Assembly: GCA_963812135.1 (NCBI GenBank)
Contig: CAWETU010000001.1
Location: 1,728,001 to 1,792,000, forward strand
Source: Vulcanimicrobiota bacterium
GTDB lineage: Bacteria; Vulcanimicrobiota; Vulcanimicrobiia; Eremiobacterales; Eremiobacteraceae
Direction: 5' to 3'
DNA length: 64,000 bases
Shown here: in pieces, positions 1 to 9,416 of the stretch
Position numbering within the stretch: position 1 is the first letter of the stretch
How the letters are laid out: every line of letters begins with the position of its first letter
Notes under the pieces: model-generated
Told to the model about the DNA's origin: nothing
The model's database searches: none
The model's input: the letters and a program-made list of their open reading frames with translations, nothing else
Position numbers and translations under genes: made by a program

Positions 1-1
1 C

Positions 2-2251
2 GGCAGCGTCCGTCCACGCCTCGACGCTGCGCCGAAAGTCACCGGTCAGACCCGCTACACCGCGGACTTGCCGTTCGAAGATTCGCTCGCCGGCGTCGTC
101 AAGCGCAGCCCACACGCGTTCGCGCGCGTCTTGCGCGTCGACGTCTCGCGCGCGGAAACGATGCCCGGCGTGCGCGCGATTATCCATGCCGGCAACACAC
201 CCGCCAAGCCGTTCGATTTTGCGATCAAAGATGCGCACTTCTTCCCCCGCCCGTACGCGCGCTATGTCGGTGAGCCGGTCGCTGCCGTCGCTGCGGACAC
301 CGAGGTACAGGCTCGTGCTGCAGCGGATGCGATCGACGTCGAGTACGAAGTCTTGCAACCGGTGTTTGACGCGCACAGCGCCCTGCAGCCTGGCGCGACG
401 TTGATCCATCCGGACTGGCAGCGATATGAGAAATCGCCCGCACGAGTGCTTCGCGGCAATATCTGCGGTCACAACGCCATCCGGCGCGGCGACGTCGACG
501 CCGCCTTCGCTCGGTCCGACGTCGTGCTGCACGAATCCGAGTTTCGATTCGCGCACGCCATGGCGGGATACATCGAACCGCGGGCCGCAGCCGCTCGGCG
601 CGAAGCCGATGGTTCGCTCACCGTCTGGTGCGGGCTGCAATCGCCGTACGAGAGCCGCGATGAGCTCGCCGCCTTCTTCGACCTCAAGCCCGAGAAGGTG
701 CGCTTCATCAACCAATTCGTCGGCGGCGCGTTCGGCAGCAAGATCCTCATGGCCGCGGAATGGTTCGCGGCTGCCCTCGCGTTGCGCTGCGATCGAGCCG
801 TGCGCGTCGTGTGGTCGCGTCACGAGGACGGCTTGCACGCGTTTCCCCGCCACGGCGGCACTGCGTCGTTCAAGACTGCCGCGACGCGCGACGGCGAATT
901 GGTCGCGATGCGGGCGGCCTTCATCTACGACACCGGCGCGTACATCGGGTACGGCAACGGCACCGCGCAGATCTCGACGATGCTCGCGTCGGCTCCATAT
1001 CGCATCCCGCATCTCGATCTTCAGGGCACGCTCGTCTACACGAACAAGCATATCGCAGGTCCCGTTCGCGCGCCCGGAGCTCCGCAGGCCAACTATGCGA
1101 AGGAGTTGCACCTCGACGAGCTCGCTGCCAAGCTCAAGATCGACCCGCTCGAGTTCAGACTCCGCAACGCGTGGGAAGACGGCGACGAAGGCCCTGGCGG
1201 TCAAAAGCTCAGCGGCGTGTGCGTGAAGGAAGCGTTGCGCAAAGTCGCCGCAGCGATCGGCTGGAACAAGCCCTTGTCGGCCAACGCAGGCCGTGGAATC
1301 GCGTGCACCTGGTGGTTCTCCGCGTGCGGCGAGTCAAAGGCGCGCATCGATATCCACGATGATGGAAGCGTCTCGTTGGCGAGCGGCAATCCTGAAGTGG
1401 GCACGGGCTCGGCGTTCACGCTGCCGATACTCGCGGCCGAAGTGCTCGGCATCGATCCGCAAAGCATCGTCCTCGTCACGGCAGATACTGCGACACAGAC
1501 CTACGATTCGGGTGTCGGCGGCAGCGCCTCGACGTTCAGCGCCGGCATGGCGGTCGACTTGGCGGCGAAAGATGCGCGCGCCAAGTTGGTCGCACGAGCC
1601 GAAGAACTGCTCGAAGCTCGCGCCGAGGACATCCAGCTGCGCGACGGGCGCGCGTTCGTGCGCGGTGTGCCGGACCGCTCGGCGGGTTTCGGCGAGCTCG
1701 CGCGGTCCGCCGGCGGCTCGATCGTCGGCGAGGGCGAAAGCAGCGAACAAGACGACCCGGAATTCGATGAAGCGCTCACCGAAACTCACGGCTTCTCGAG
1801 TTGGCTCGCGCCATCGTTCGCGGCCTCGGCCGCTCAGGTCGACGTCGATCCTGACACCGGCGCGGTTGCCGTGCGCAAGGTCGTCAGCGCGCAGGACGTC
1901 GGCTTCGCGGTCAATCCAGTCGGCGCGCTCGGGCAAATCGAAGGTGGCATCGTGATGGGCGTCGGATGGGCATTGACCGAGGAACTGCGCTTCGACGAAC
2001 GCGGCAACATCAAACCCGATCTCAAAGACTATCTGATGCCGACGGCTTTGGACGCGCCCGAGATTGAGGCGATCATCATCGAATCGTCATCCGGAGTCGG
2101 ACCCTACGGACTCAAGGGCGTCGGCGAACCCCCGATCACGACGCCGCCCGCGGCGATCGCCTGCGCGATTCGCGCCGCAGTGGGCGCGGCGCCGCACGAG
2201 ACGCCGATGACGCCCGAGCGGGTCTGGCGGACGATCAACCGTGGCCGCTGA
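2..2251 (+). CDS. xanthine dehydrogenase family molybdopterin-binding (large) subunit, 5'-truncated by window edge
   Basis: Frame open from base 2 (RLDAAPKVTGQTRYTAD); GGAFGSK, RAPG, GQIEGG and KGVGEPP motifs; lacks the CoxL VAYRCSFR motif. Confidence 0.9.
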   Translation, partial: GSVRPRLDAAPKVTGQTRYTADLPFEDSLAGVVKRSPHAFARVLRVDVSRAETMPGVRAIIHAGNTPAKPFDFAIKDAHFFPRPYARYVGEPVAAVAADTEVQARAAADAIDVEYEVLQPVFDAHSALQPGATLIHPDWQRYEKSPARVLRGNICGHNAIRRGDVDAAFARSDVVLHESEFRFAHAMAGYIEPRAAAARREADGSLTVWCGLQSPYESRDELAAFFDLKPEKVRFINQFVGGAFGSKILMAAEWFAAALALRCDRAVRVVWSRHEDGLHAFPRHGGTASFKTAATRDGELVAMRAAFIYDTGAYIGYGNGTAQISTMLASAPYRIPHLDLQGTLVYTNKHIAGPVRAPGAPQANYAKELHLDELAAKLKIDPLEFRLRNAWEDGDEGPGGQKLSGVCVKEALRKVAAAIGWNKPLSANAGRGIACTWWFSACGESKARIDIHDDGSVSLASGNPEVGTGSAFTLPILAAEVLGIDPQSIVLVTADTATQTYDSGVGGSASTFSAGMAVDLAAKDARAKLVARAEELLEARAEDIQLRDGRAFVRGVPDRSAGFGELARSAGGSIVGEGESSEQDDPEFDEALTETHGFSSWLAPSFAASAAQVDVDPDTGAVAVRKVVSAQDVGFAVNPVGALGQIEGGIVMGVGWALTEELRFDERGNIKPDLKDYLMPTALDAPEIEAIIIESSSGVGPYGLKGVGEPPITTPPAAIACAIRAAVGAAPHETPMTPERVWRTINRGR

Positions 2252-3383
2252 CGCCGACGAGATCAAACTGCGCAAAGCGCGCGTCACGTACGCGCTCAGC
2301 ATCACCGCGCTCGTCATTGCGCTGGGTTTCGCGCTCTACGTGCTGCTGCATTTCCTCGGGCGCATCCACACCGTCACGACCATCATCGTCGGCGCGGTCT
2401 TCCTCTCCTATCTCGTCGCACCATCGGTCCGCGCGCTGCGGCAGCGCGTGCCGATGTGGGCAGCCGTGCTCATCGTGTACGCTGCGATCGCGCTCGTCGT
2501 CCTCACGTTGTTGTGGTTCGCGCTGCCGCTCATCGTTTCAGAGCTGCGTCAATTCGCCACGGACACGCCGTCGCTCACACGCGCACTGCAGACGTACGCG
2601 AGCGTCAACGGGCCCTGGGCCGCACATCTACCGGATTCCGTGAGAGACTACCTCAACACGGTTCCCGCTCGAATCTCCGCCGCGATCTCCACGAACGGTG
2701 TGTCGATCACGACCGGCGCCGTCCGCGTGATCTTGATGATGGCCTCCAGTCTCGTGTTGTTGATCCTCATCCCTATCTTCGCCGCATATGCGATCATGGA
2801 CGGCGAATGGCTGCGCGGTGCACTTTTCGGACTGATCCCAAAGAGCGTCCGCCCGAAGTTCGATGAGTTCATCGACAACGTCAACGCGGCGCTTGCGGGT
2901 TACATCCGCGGGCAGTTGCTCGTCGCGGCATGCGTCGGGCTGCTCGTCACCGTTCTCTTGCTCGTGCTGCACGTCAAGTACGCGATCGCGATCGGACTCT
3001 TCGCCGGTGCATTCGAGCTCGTGCCCTATGCGGGCGCGATCGCGGGTGCGATTCCGGGCGTCGGCATCGCACTGCTCACGAACGGCTGGGAGAACGCGCT
3101 TTTCGTCGCGCTCGGTTTTGTAGCGATCAATCAGATCAGCGGTCACGTGCTCTCGCCCCTGATCGTGGGCGACACCGTCGGCCTGCGCCCGATCTTCGTG
3201 CTGCTCGCGTTGCTGATCGGCGGAGAGCTCGCCGGGCTTCGAGGACTACTGATCGCGGTGCCGGTCGCTGGATTGATCCGCGCGGTCATCATCACGTTCG
3301 TGCCATTCGATAAGACGGCGCTGCCTCAGCCGCCGCCGCCAAAACCGAAGCGCGCCAAGCCGGACGCCCCGGCTACGTCATAG
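2241..3383 (+). CDS. AI-2E family transporter
   Basis: Multi-TM protein with GYIRGQ, LVPYAGA and LSPLIVGDTVGLRP motifs typical of the family. Confidence 0.88.
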   Translation: MAADADEIKLRKARVTYALSITALVIALGFALYVLLHFLGRIHTVTTIIVGAVFLSYLVAPSVRALRQRVPMWAAVLIVYAAIALVVLTLLWFALPLIVSELRQFATDTPSLTRALQTYASVNGPWAAHLPDSVRDYLNTVPARISAAISTNGVSITTGAVRVILMMASSLVLLILIPIFAAYAIMDGEWLRGALFGLIPKSVRPKFDEFIDNVNAALAGYIRGQLLVAACVGLLVTVLLLVLHVKYAIAIGLFAGAFELVPYAGAIAGAIPGVGIALLTNGWENALFVALGFVAINQISGHVLSPLIVGDTVGLRPIFVLLALLIGGELAGLRGLLIAVPVAGLIRAVIITFVPFDKTALPQPPPPKPKRAKPDAPATS

Positions 3384-5523
3384 TCGCGATCAGATCGTAG
3401 TCTTTCGCCCAACGGGGCGGTTTGCCGAAGCCGCTCGCTGAGGCGCTGCGCCAGCCGCGCGACAAGCCGTAGCTCAGGGCACGTCGCTCTTCCGCTAAGT
3501 AAAGCGCTTTCGCGTCGAAGCGCGCGTAGTACCAGGCGAACTTCGCGGTCTGTGCTGCGCCCGGCGCGACGTTTTCACGAACGATGAGACCGTATGTCCT
3601 GGAAAACGCCATGGCGCGCGAGACGTAGATGCGCGGAAACCGCTCGTGCGCCAATCCGACGATAAAGACATGCGGCCAGCGCTCGCCTTTGGAGCCGGAG
3701 ATCGTGTCGCACGCGATGGCATCGGGGCTGCGGTCCGCTGCCCGCACGGGCAGTTCGTCTGCTTCAAACGCGCCCACGAGTTCCAGCAGCGAACGTCGGC
3801 GGCCGCTCGCACCGTCAGCCGCAAACGCCTCGATGACTCGCAGCGCATCCTGCTGCAGACGCGCTCGGCGATGCGGCGGCGCGAGGGCCCACCGGGCCGC
3901 AAACCCCCCGGCTTTCATGAGGCCCGCCAATATTGCTGGCGCGGGCATGCCCGTATATTGCTCCCGCCATCGCTCGAGTTGCCGCCGGAAACGCTCAATC
4001 ACCCCGCGTGGCTCGTCGGGCAGGCGAGCGTCCACCGTCCCCTCGAGCATGTTGCGCGCAAGCGCGGTGCGTTGGCGCTCGCTCTCGGGCCGTTTGCGTT
4101 CGTCGCCCACGCCGACGTCGAGCGCGAGCTGCGTGACAGCGGCTGGGTCCTCGCACATCGCATAAATGCTGGCGTCGGCAAGGCCGACGAGCGGTGAGGC
4201 GAGCACGCGCAGCAAGTGCTCGTGATCGGAGGGATCGTCGACGATCGCGCCGAGAGCGAGCCAATCGCCGATCTCGCGCGGCGCCGCGAAGCGATCGAGC
4301 GGCGGATCGACCGGCACGCCCAGTTCTTCGAAACGCTGCGCGTACACCGCCGCCGCATCCGCGCTTCGTGTCAGTACCGCGATCTCCGACGCCGCTGCTC
4401 CCTGCGCGAAAAGCTCGGCGATCGCACCGGCGACCGCCGCGACTTCTTCCGCCTCATCATGATACCGCGTGACGCGCGGCTCCGGCGTTGTCGTGAGCGG
4501 CACCAACACGATGCGCTCGCTTGCGTTGAGCGAGCCCAGCGCCGAGCGGCGGCCTTGCAAGCCGTCGATCGTGGAATCCGGCCAGCCGGCCAGCGTCACG
4601 CCCGGCAAGCCGGCGGCGATCAGCGCGATCACGAGATCGACCAGCGCCGCTGGGGCGTCTTCTGCATCGTCGACCAGCGCGCACGAGTATGAGCGCGCGA
4701 GCGCGCGAGCCGAGGTCGCGTCTTCTGCGAGCCAGCGGACGCCCTCGTCGACGAGGTCCTCATCCGACATCAAGGCGGCGCTGCGCGCGACGCGCAGATA
4801 TTCGCGGTAGAGCCGCCCCAACAGCACCGCAAGGCCGCGCTCCGCGCGTTTTTGCTGCTGCAAGGTCGATGCGTTGGCGCGCAGCGCATCGCGACCGCGT
4901 TTACCGACGCGGCTTTGCAGCGCCGGATCCAAGCACTTCGCGACCGCCGCTTCCACTTCGTCTCCATAGAAGGCCGTCACGCCCGCTGCGCAGCCGCGCT
5001 CGAACTCGTCAGGGGTTACCCGGCCGCTGCGCAGTTGGCGCATCAGCGCCGCCGCCTCATCGAGAAACTTATCTGGCCGGCTCAAGAACGGCAGATTGAG
5101 ATCGAGATCGGCGATCTGCAGCTCCGGCCAGCTCATGTCGAGCAAGCCAGTTGCGGCCTCGCGGATGATGACCCGCGACGCGGCGTCGCCGCCGGCGCGC
5201 AGATCGGCGCGCACTCCCGCGAGCGCATGGTGCGCGCGAAGCCAGCGCAGACAGTGTTCAGGTGCGGTGCCGACTTGGATGTCGCCGCGTGCGCCCAGCC
5301 GCTCCAACTCCTTGCGAAACGCGCGGACGCCTGAGGCGTGAGAGCAGATGACGAGGACCGGTGCGATGCCAGCACGCGCCGCGGCGCGCAACGCCAGTGC
5401 GGTCGTCTTACCCGATCCCGGCGGACCAGTCACGACCAAGACGTCGCTATCAGCCGAGGCGGCGGCGTGGATCGCCGGCGTGACGTCGATGGCGATCTCA
5501 GCGCGCAAAAACGCGCTCGCCAT
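3373..5523 (-). CDS. UvrD/AdnA/AddA-like SF1 helicase, reduced and divergent
   Basis: Walker A GPPGSGKT, Walker B VDDAED, IAVLTR, motif V-like TISGSKGERWPHVF, motif VI-like EERRALSYGLSRG; ATG at 5523 chosen. Confidence 0.75.
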   Translation of the reverse strand: MASAFLRAEIAIDVTPAIHAAASADSDVLVVTGPPGSGKTTALALRAAARAGIAPVLVICSHASGVRAFRKELERLGARGDIQVGTAPEHCLRWLRAHHALAGVRADLRAGGDAASRVIIREAATGLLDMSWPELQIADLDLNLPFLSRPDKFLDEAAALMRQLRSGRVTPDEFERGCAAGVTAFYGDEVEAAVAKCLDPALQSRVGKRGRDALRANASTLQQQKRAERGLAVLLGRLYREYLRVARSAALMSDEDLVDEGVRWLAEDATSARALARSYSCALVDDAEDAPAALVDLVIALIAAGLPGVTLAGWPDSTIDGLQGRRSALGSLNASERIVLVPLTTTPEPRVTRYHDEAEEVAAVAGAIAELFAQGAAASEIAVLTRSADAAAVYAQRFEELGVPVDPPLDRFAAPREIGDWLALGAIVDDPSDHEHLLRVLASPLVGLADASIYAMCEDPAAVTQLALDVGVGDERKRPESERQRTALARNMLEGTVDARLPDEPRGVIERFRRQLERWREQYTGMPAPAILAGLMKAGGFAARWALAPPHRRARLQQDALRVIEAFAADGASGRRRSLLELVGAFEADELPVRAADRSPDAIACDTISGSKGERWPHVFIVGLAHERFPRIYVSRAMAFSRTYGLIVRENVAPGAAQTAKFAWYYARFDAKALYLAEERRALSYGLSRGWRSASASGFGKPPRWAKDYDLIATMT

Positions 5524-7096
5524 CGGCCGGACGTTCTCGACACGCGTGAGCGTACGCGCAGTACGAACACGGCGGGTCTTCACCTGGATAGAAATGCTCG
5601 ATGCCGCCGGTCGTCAGCTCGTCGGCCCGCGCAAGGAGCGCGTCGATCGCAGCCTCCATGTCCGCCGGCGTGCACGAACCGCGTACGATTCCGCTGCGCG
5701 GGTCTCGCTCGACGACCGCCTTGCCTTGATCGTCGACCATGTCAAGGGCCATCACCGTCACGGGATCGCGCGGATCGCGCAGCGAGACTAGCGCTAACCG
5801 CCCGACATCGTCGCCTCGCGTGCGGCGGACCGCATAGTAGAGCGCAAGCTGCGCTTCGTCCCCGCGCCGCATCGCCGCGACATATGCGCGCGGGTCTTCT
5901 TCGATGCGTCCGGTCTTGTAGTCGTAGATGGTGATCGGGCCGCCGCCGGCCGGGCGGTCGATGCGGTCGATGAAGCCGACGAAGGTATAACCGCGCATCG
6001 TCCAGCGCTGCAGCGATTCGACCGCCTCAACCTGCATAGGATGGTCCTGCGCCTCGGCGCGCAGCCAACGCGCGTAGTGCGCTGCGACCGCGCGCGCGCG
6101 CAGCCGGCTCACCTCGAACTCCAAGCGCGACGCGAATTCGTCGCGATTGCGCTCGAACGCGAGATCCAATTCGCCGTGCAGCCGCTCGAGGATCGAATTC
6201 CCCGACCAATCCGCGGGCACGCGGATCGTGCGATGCAGTGCTTCAAGCGCTTCGTGGAACACCTTGCCGTAGGTGGCAGCCGCCGAGCCCTCGTCGATCA
6301 GCGCATCGCAGAGATACTCGAAGAACCACCGCCGCGGGCATTTCACAAATCCGTTCAAGCGCGAGGCCGAAAACGTCATGGCGGGCGCGACCAGCGGGCG
6401 CGCTGCTTCTGGCGCCGGCCATGACCACGCTTCCTCGTCCGGCTCGGCACCCGCAAACCACTCGGCTAAAGCATACTGCGCTGGAACATCGACGATGATG
6501 CGAAGCTGCGCCTGCTCGCCACTGCTAAGCGCGTCTGGCGCCGCGCCCAACGACTCGGCCCAACCGCCCGCCTGGACCGCAGAGCCCGGTTCGTCCGCGA
6601 ATTCGATCGATGCGGTCTGCATCGGGAGATCGTCGGCACCGCGAGGATGTAAACGAAGGCCTGCGGGAGGTTCTCCGATCGCTTCGACGATCCAGCGGCG
6701 CATCACGACGTCGGCGGCGCCAGCATGTTTCGCCATTTCGAACGCTTCCGCCAGCGAGCGAGCTTCGCTCGCTCGAACATCCGAGTTTTGCTCGGGTTCT
6801 ACATCCAGCGGCCGGCGCATCGGGTTTTCGCGGCGTAAGTGCAAGAGCAAGCGCGCCACCGCACTACGCTCCGGGTTCTCGTCGGCGATGGCGGCCGCGA
6901 ATCCCAGCTCTTCCACGCCTGCGCGATCGCATGCGGTCGCCAGCGCGCACAGCCCATCGATGAACGAGTCGTCGGTTCGCAGCGCGAGGGGCCACGGCCA
7001 TTCCCCCGCCCCAAGCGCGGCAGCCACGGCGGCGCGTCGCTCGGCGGCGAGCCTGGTCGAATCGGAATCCATTAGGAGCTTGTTAGACGTCGCCAC
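5498..7096 (-). CDS. PD-(D/E)XK RecB/AddB-family nuclease with 4-Cys Fe-S staple
   Basis: FSASRL..KCPRRW, GFIDRID, IYDYKTG, QLALY, C-terminal CSYCAYAHAC. Confidence 0.85.
   Translation of the reverse strand: MATSNKLLMDSDSTRLAAERRAAVAAALGAGEWPWPLALRTDDSFIDGLCALATACDRAGVEELGFAAAIADENPERSAVARLLLHLRRENPMRRPLDVEPEQNSDVRASEARSLAEAFEMAKHAGAADVVMRRWIVEAIGEPPAGLRLHPRGADDLPMQTASIEFADEPGSAVQAGGWAESLGAAPDALSSGEQAQLRIIVDVPAQYALAEWFAGAEPDEEAWSWPAPEAARPLVAPAMTFSASRLNGFVKCPRRWFFEYLCDALIDEGSAAATYGKVFHEALEALHRTIRVPADWSGNSILERLHGELDLAFERNRDEFASRLEFEVSRLRARAVAAHYARWLRAEAQDHPMQVEAVESLQRWTMRGYTFVGFIDRIDRPAGGGPITIYDYKTGRIEEDPRAYVAAMRRGDEAQLALYYAVRRTRGDDVGRLALVSLRDPRDPVTVMALDMVDDQGKAVVERDPRSGIVRGSCTPADMEAAIDALLARADELTTGGIEHFYPGEDPPCSYCAYAHACRERPADGERVFAR
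6755..6803 (-). repeat. tandem pair of REP-like hairpins (TGTAG type) in frame inside the nuclease gene
   Basis: CGAGCGAGC-TTC-GCTCGCTCG then ATCCGAG-TTTTG-CTCGGGT-T-CTACA on + strand, 24-bp period. Confidence 0.7.
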
Positions 7097-7110
7097 TGCC
7101 GCGTACTGCG
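7081..7110. repeat. direct repeat copy A (duplicated Fic 3' end)
   Basis: agacgtcgccactgccgcgtactgcg (7085-7110) matches 7964-7989 at 22 of 26 bases. Confidence 0.75.
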
Positions 7111-7138
7111 GAGGTTGAAAAAGAAGAGCGGCAGCCCG

Positions 7139-7951
7139 TTAGCAGCCGTAAACGCCGCCTTGGAAAACGCGCGTCACTGAATCGTGGGTCACGCGGTAGA
7201 TCTCATACTGCGATGCGCTGCCGAGCTCTTGTTGTATGACGACCTCGTCTACACCATCGCCGTCCACGTCTACCGTGTCGATAAAATGGGGCCCACCACC
7301 TGGACCGCCAGCGGCCACTTGTGTGTCAGCGCGAAGCAGCTCGGGTTTGCCGCCCTTATACGCCAACCAGATGAACATGAAATCGCGGTTGAGAAGGCGG
7401 GCGAATACTTCAGGTTGCCCGTCATGATAGACATCCATGACATCAATGCTCTGCAAGTGCAGCCCGTCTGAGCTCTTGCCCGCTCTTCGCAGCACGCTCA
7501 AGGCGGCGGCCAGCACGTCCTTCGAATAGCGCGGGTCGATCGGGTCGAGCGTTGAACTGCTAAGCCCTCGCGCCTGCGTATATCCGCTAACCGCGAGTCC
7601 AGGGATTGCGGCGATGCCGTGATCGAAAGATTTAGGATCGCTGATGCGGGCGTACCCCTCGACGGTCCGCGAGCACGGCGATCCGGTTGCACGAGGCGGA
7701 AGCAAGGTGTAGAAAACGTCGGCGGTTGCGACCTTGACACCGCGACTTACCAAAACGAAACGATGCGTCCAATTGAGCGGGCTCATTCGGCGGCGCGGAC
7801 TCGTGAAGTCGCTCACCGCGTCCGCGTACTTGCCCCCGTCATAGACGGCAATGGGGTCTATCCGAACGACGCGGGGCGTGTGCGAGCCGAGAATCTCCGT
7901 CACAACGGCGATCACGTTCGCCAGCAGCAAGAGGCCGACAGCCGCGATCAT
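7139..7951 (-). CDS. hypothetical secreted protein with DxDGDGxDE (FG-GAP/EF-hand-like) loops
   Basis: Hydrophobic N-terminus MIAAVGLLLL, DVYHDGQPE and DVDGDGVDE motifs; RBS-like AGGA upstream. Confidence 0.65.
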   Translation of the reverse strand: MIAAVGLLLLANVIAVVTEILGSHTPRVVRIDPIAVYDGGKYADAVSDFTSPRRRMSPLNWTHRFVLVSRGVKVATADVFYTLLPPRATGSPCSRTVEGYARISDPKSFDHGIAAIPGLAVSGYTQARGLSSSTLDPIDPRYSKDVLAAALSVLRRAGKSSDGLHLQSIDVMDVYHDGQPEVFARLLNRDFMFIWLAYKGGKPELLRADTQVAAGGPGGGPHFIDTVDVDGDGVDEVVIQQELGSASQYEIYRVTHDSVTRVFQGGVYGC

Positions 7952-7958
7952 CGCTTCC

Positions 7959-7989
7959 TGTTCAGACGTTGCCGCCGCTGCGTACTGCG
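7959..7989. repeat. direct repeat copy B (Fic 3' end)
   Basis: agacgttgccgccgctgcgtactgcg (7964-7989) matches 7085-7110. Confidence 0.75.
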
Positions 7990-9170
7990 CCCGACAGGCG
8001 CGCAAGAGCGGCTTCGATACAATCGATCAACAACGCGAGCAGGCCGCTCATATCGCCGCTATCCGCTTCCTGCAAGCCATCGTAGTAGCGCTCACGGGCG
8101 TCGACATGCACGATCGCCGGCGGATAGCCGTTGGCTTCCAGGATGAGGTTGGAGAGCAGCCGTCCGACACGCCCGTTGCCGTCCAGGAACGGCGCGATGT
8201 TCAGGATCTTGGCCTGCGCGGCGGCCGCCTTGGCGACCGGGTCGGCGGACGATTCTTCGAGCCACTCGGTGAATTCGCGCAAGAGCGCGGGCACGAGGAC
8301 GCTTTCGGGCGGGAGATAGTCGCGGCCGACGATGCGGGCGTCGGTGCGCCGGTATTCGCCCGCTTGTTCATCGTCGATGGACGCGAACAGCCGCGCGTGC
8401 AGCTCGCGGATGGCATGCTCGGTCAGCGGCGCATCGCTTGCCGCGAGCACGGCGGCGCGGTCGAGCGCCTTGAACAGATTCACGGCTTCCAAATGCTCGC
8501 GCAGCGTCAGCCCCCCGACCGTGACGCCACGCGTCACCAGCTCCTCAGTCTGCGCGCGGTCCAACCGGTTGCCGCGCAGCGCGTTCGAATGATAGATCTC
8601 GTCGATGCGCCACTCGTTGCGCAAGCTCGCGCGGGCGATCGACGCGGCCTCGCCTTGCGCTCCAAAGGCCCGCAGCTGCTCGCGCAAGCGCTTTAGGCGC
8701 TCCTCGAGCTCGGGTGCGAAACGCAATCCGGTCGCTTCTTCTTCCGAACGCGCCGGCTGATCGAGGCCGTAGGCCGCCGGGTCGACGTTATGCTCGCGCA
8801 ACCAGTCGAGCGCCAACGACTCGAGCCGCCGTTGACGATAGGCAAGCCACGATCGACGCGCGCGCGGGTACGCGCTCAACGTCTGCAAGAATCGAGCCGG
8901 ATTGGTGGAGCCGATGGCCGCGGACCGCAAACGGTCGGCAAGCTCGCCGTCGAGGAGGGTCTCGATAAAATCGGACACGACGGAGGCCGCTTCGCCGTGC
9001 GACATCGGGTGAACCGCGATGACGTCGGCTCGGGCGGAAATGCGCAGCGCCGCGGGGTCGTCAGCCGCATACGGCTGGACGCGCCCAGAAGACGTGACGA
9101 AAAGATACCGGAACTGGCCGCTGCGATCATCGAGCGCGTCCGCCAGCTCCTCGAGCAGGAAGTTCCTCAC
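7962..9170 (-). CDS. Fic-domain protein with N-terminal UPF0158-like domain; catalytic His absent
   Basis: Fic core IAPFLDGNGRVGR, GEYR, RYYDGLQEAD; N-terminal ELADALDD...WLAYRQRRL..LALDWL resembles UPF0158; GTG start at 9170 inferred. Confidence 0.8.
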   Translation of the reverse strand: MRNFLLEELADALDDRSGQFRYLFVTSSGRVQPYAADDPAALRISARADVIAVHPMSHGEAASVVSDFIETLLDGELADRLRSAAIGSTNPARFLQTLSAYPRARRSWLAYRQRRLESLALDWLREHNVDPAAYGLDQPARSEEEATGLRFAPELEERLKRLREQLRAFGAQGEAASIARASLRNEWRIDEIYHSNALRGNRLDRAQTEELVTRGVTVGGLTLREHLEAVNLFKALDRAAVLAASDAPLTEHAIRELHARLFASIDDEQAGEYRRTDARIVGRDYLPPESVLVPALLREFTEWLEESSADPVAKAAAAQAKILNIAPFLDGNGRVGRLLSNLILEANGYPPAIVHVDARERYYDGLQEADSGDMSGLLALLIDCIEAALARLSGAVRSGGNV

Positions 9171-9416
9171 GACGGCCCGGCGCGGATTCGCTCGGCCGTC
9201 CCGCGATGCCTGGTCCCAAAGCGGCAGCCGCACGCAGAAACGTGACGCCGCACACTCGCGCTCCGGCGGAGAAACTCTCAAAATCAAAGAACCTGTATCG
9301 CGTTTCTGAGCAGGGGGCAAAAGCCTACGGCCGCCCCCATCCCGTCCCGTCATACAGCACAAAGGCGGAGCCCAAATGGCGTCTTGGTCCGCGCGCACGG
9401 CGGCACAGCTGTAACA

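Noticed and set aside
2..2251. Possible form I CO dehydrogenase CoxL
   Set aside because: The active-site loop reads AGPVRAPG, not VAYRCSFR; substrate cannot be assigned.
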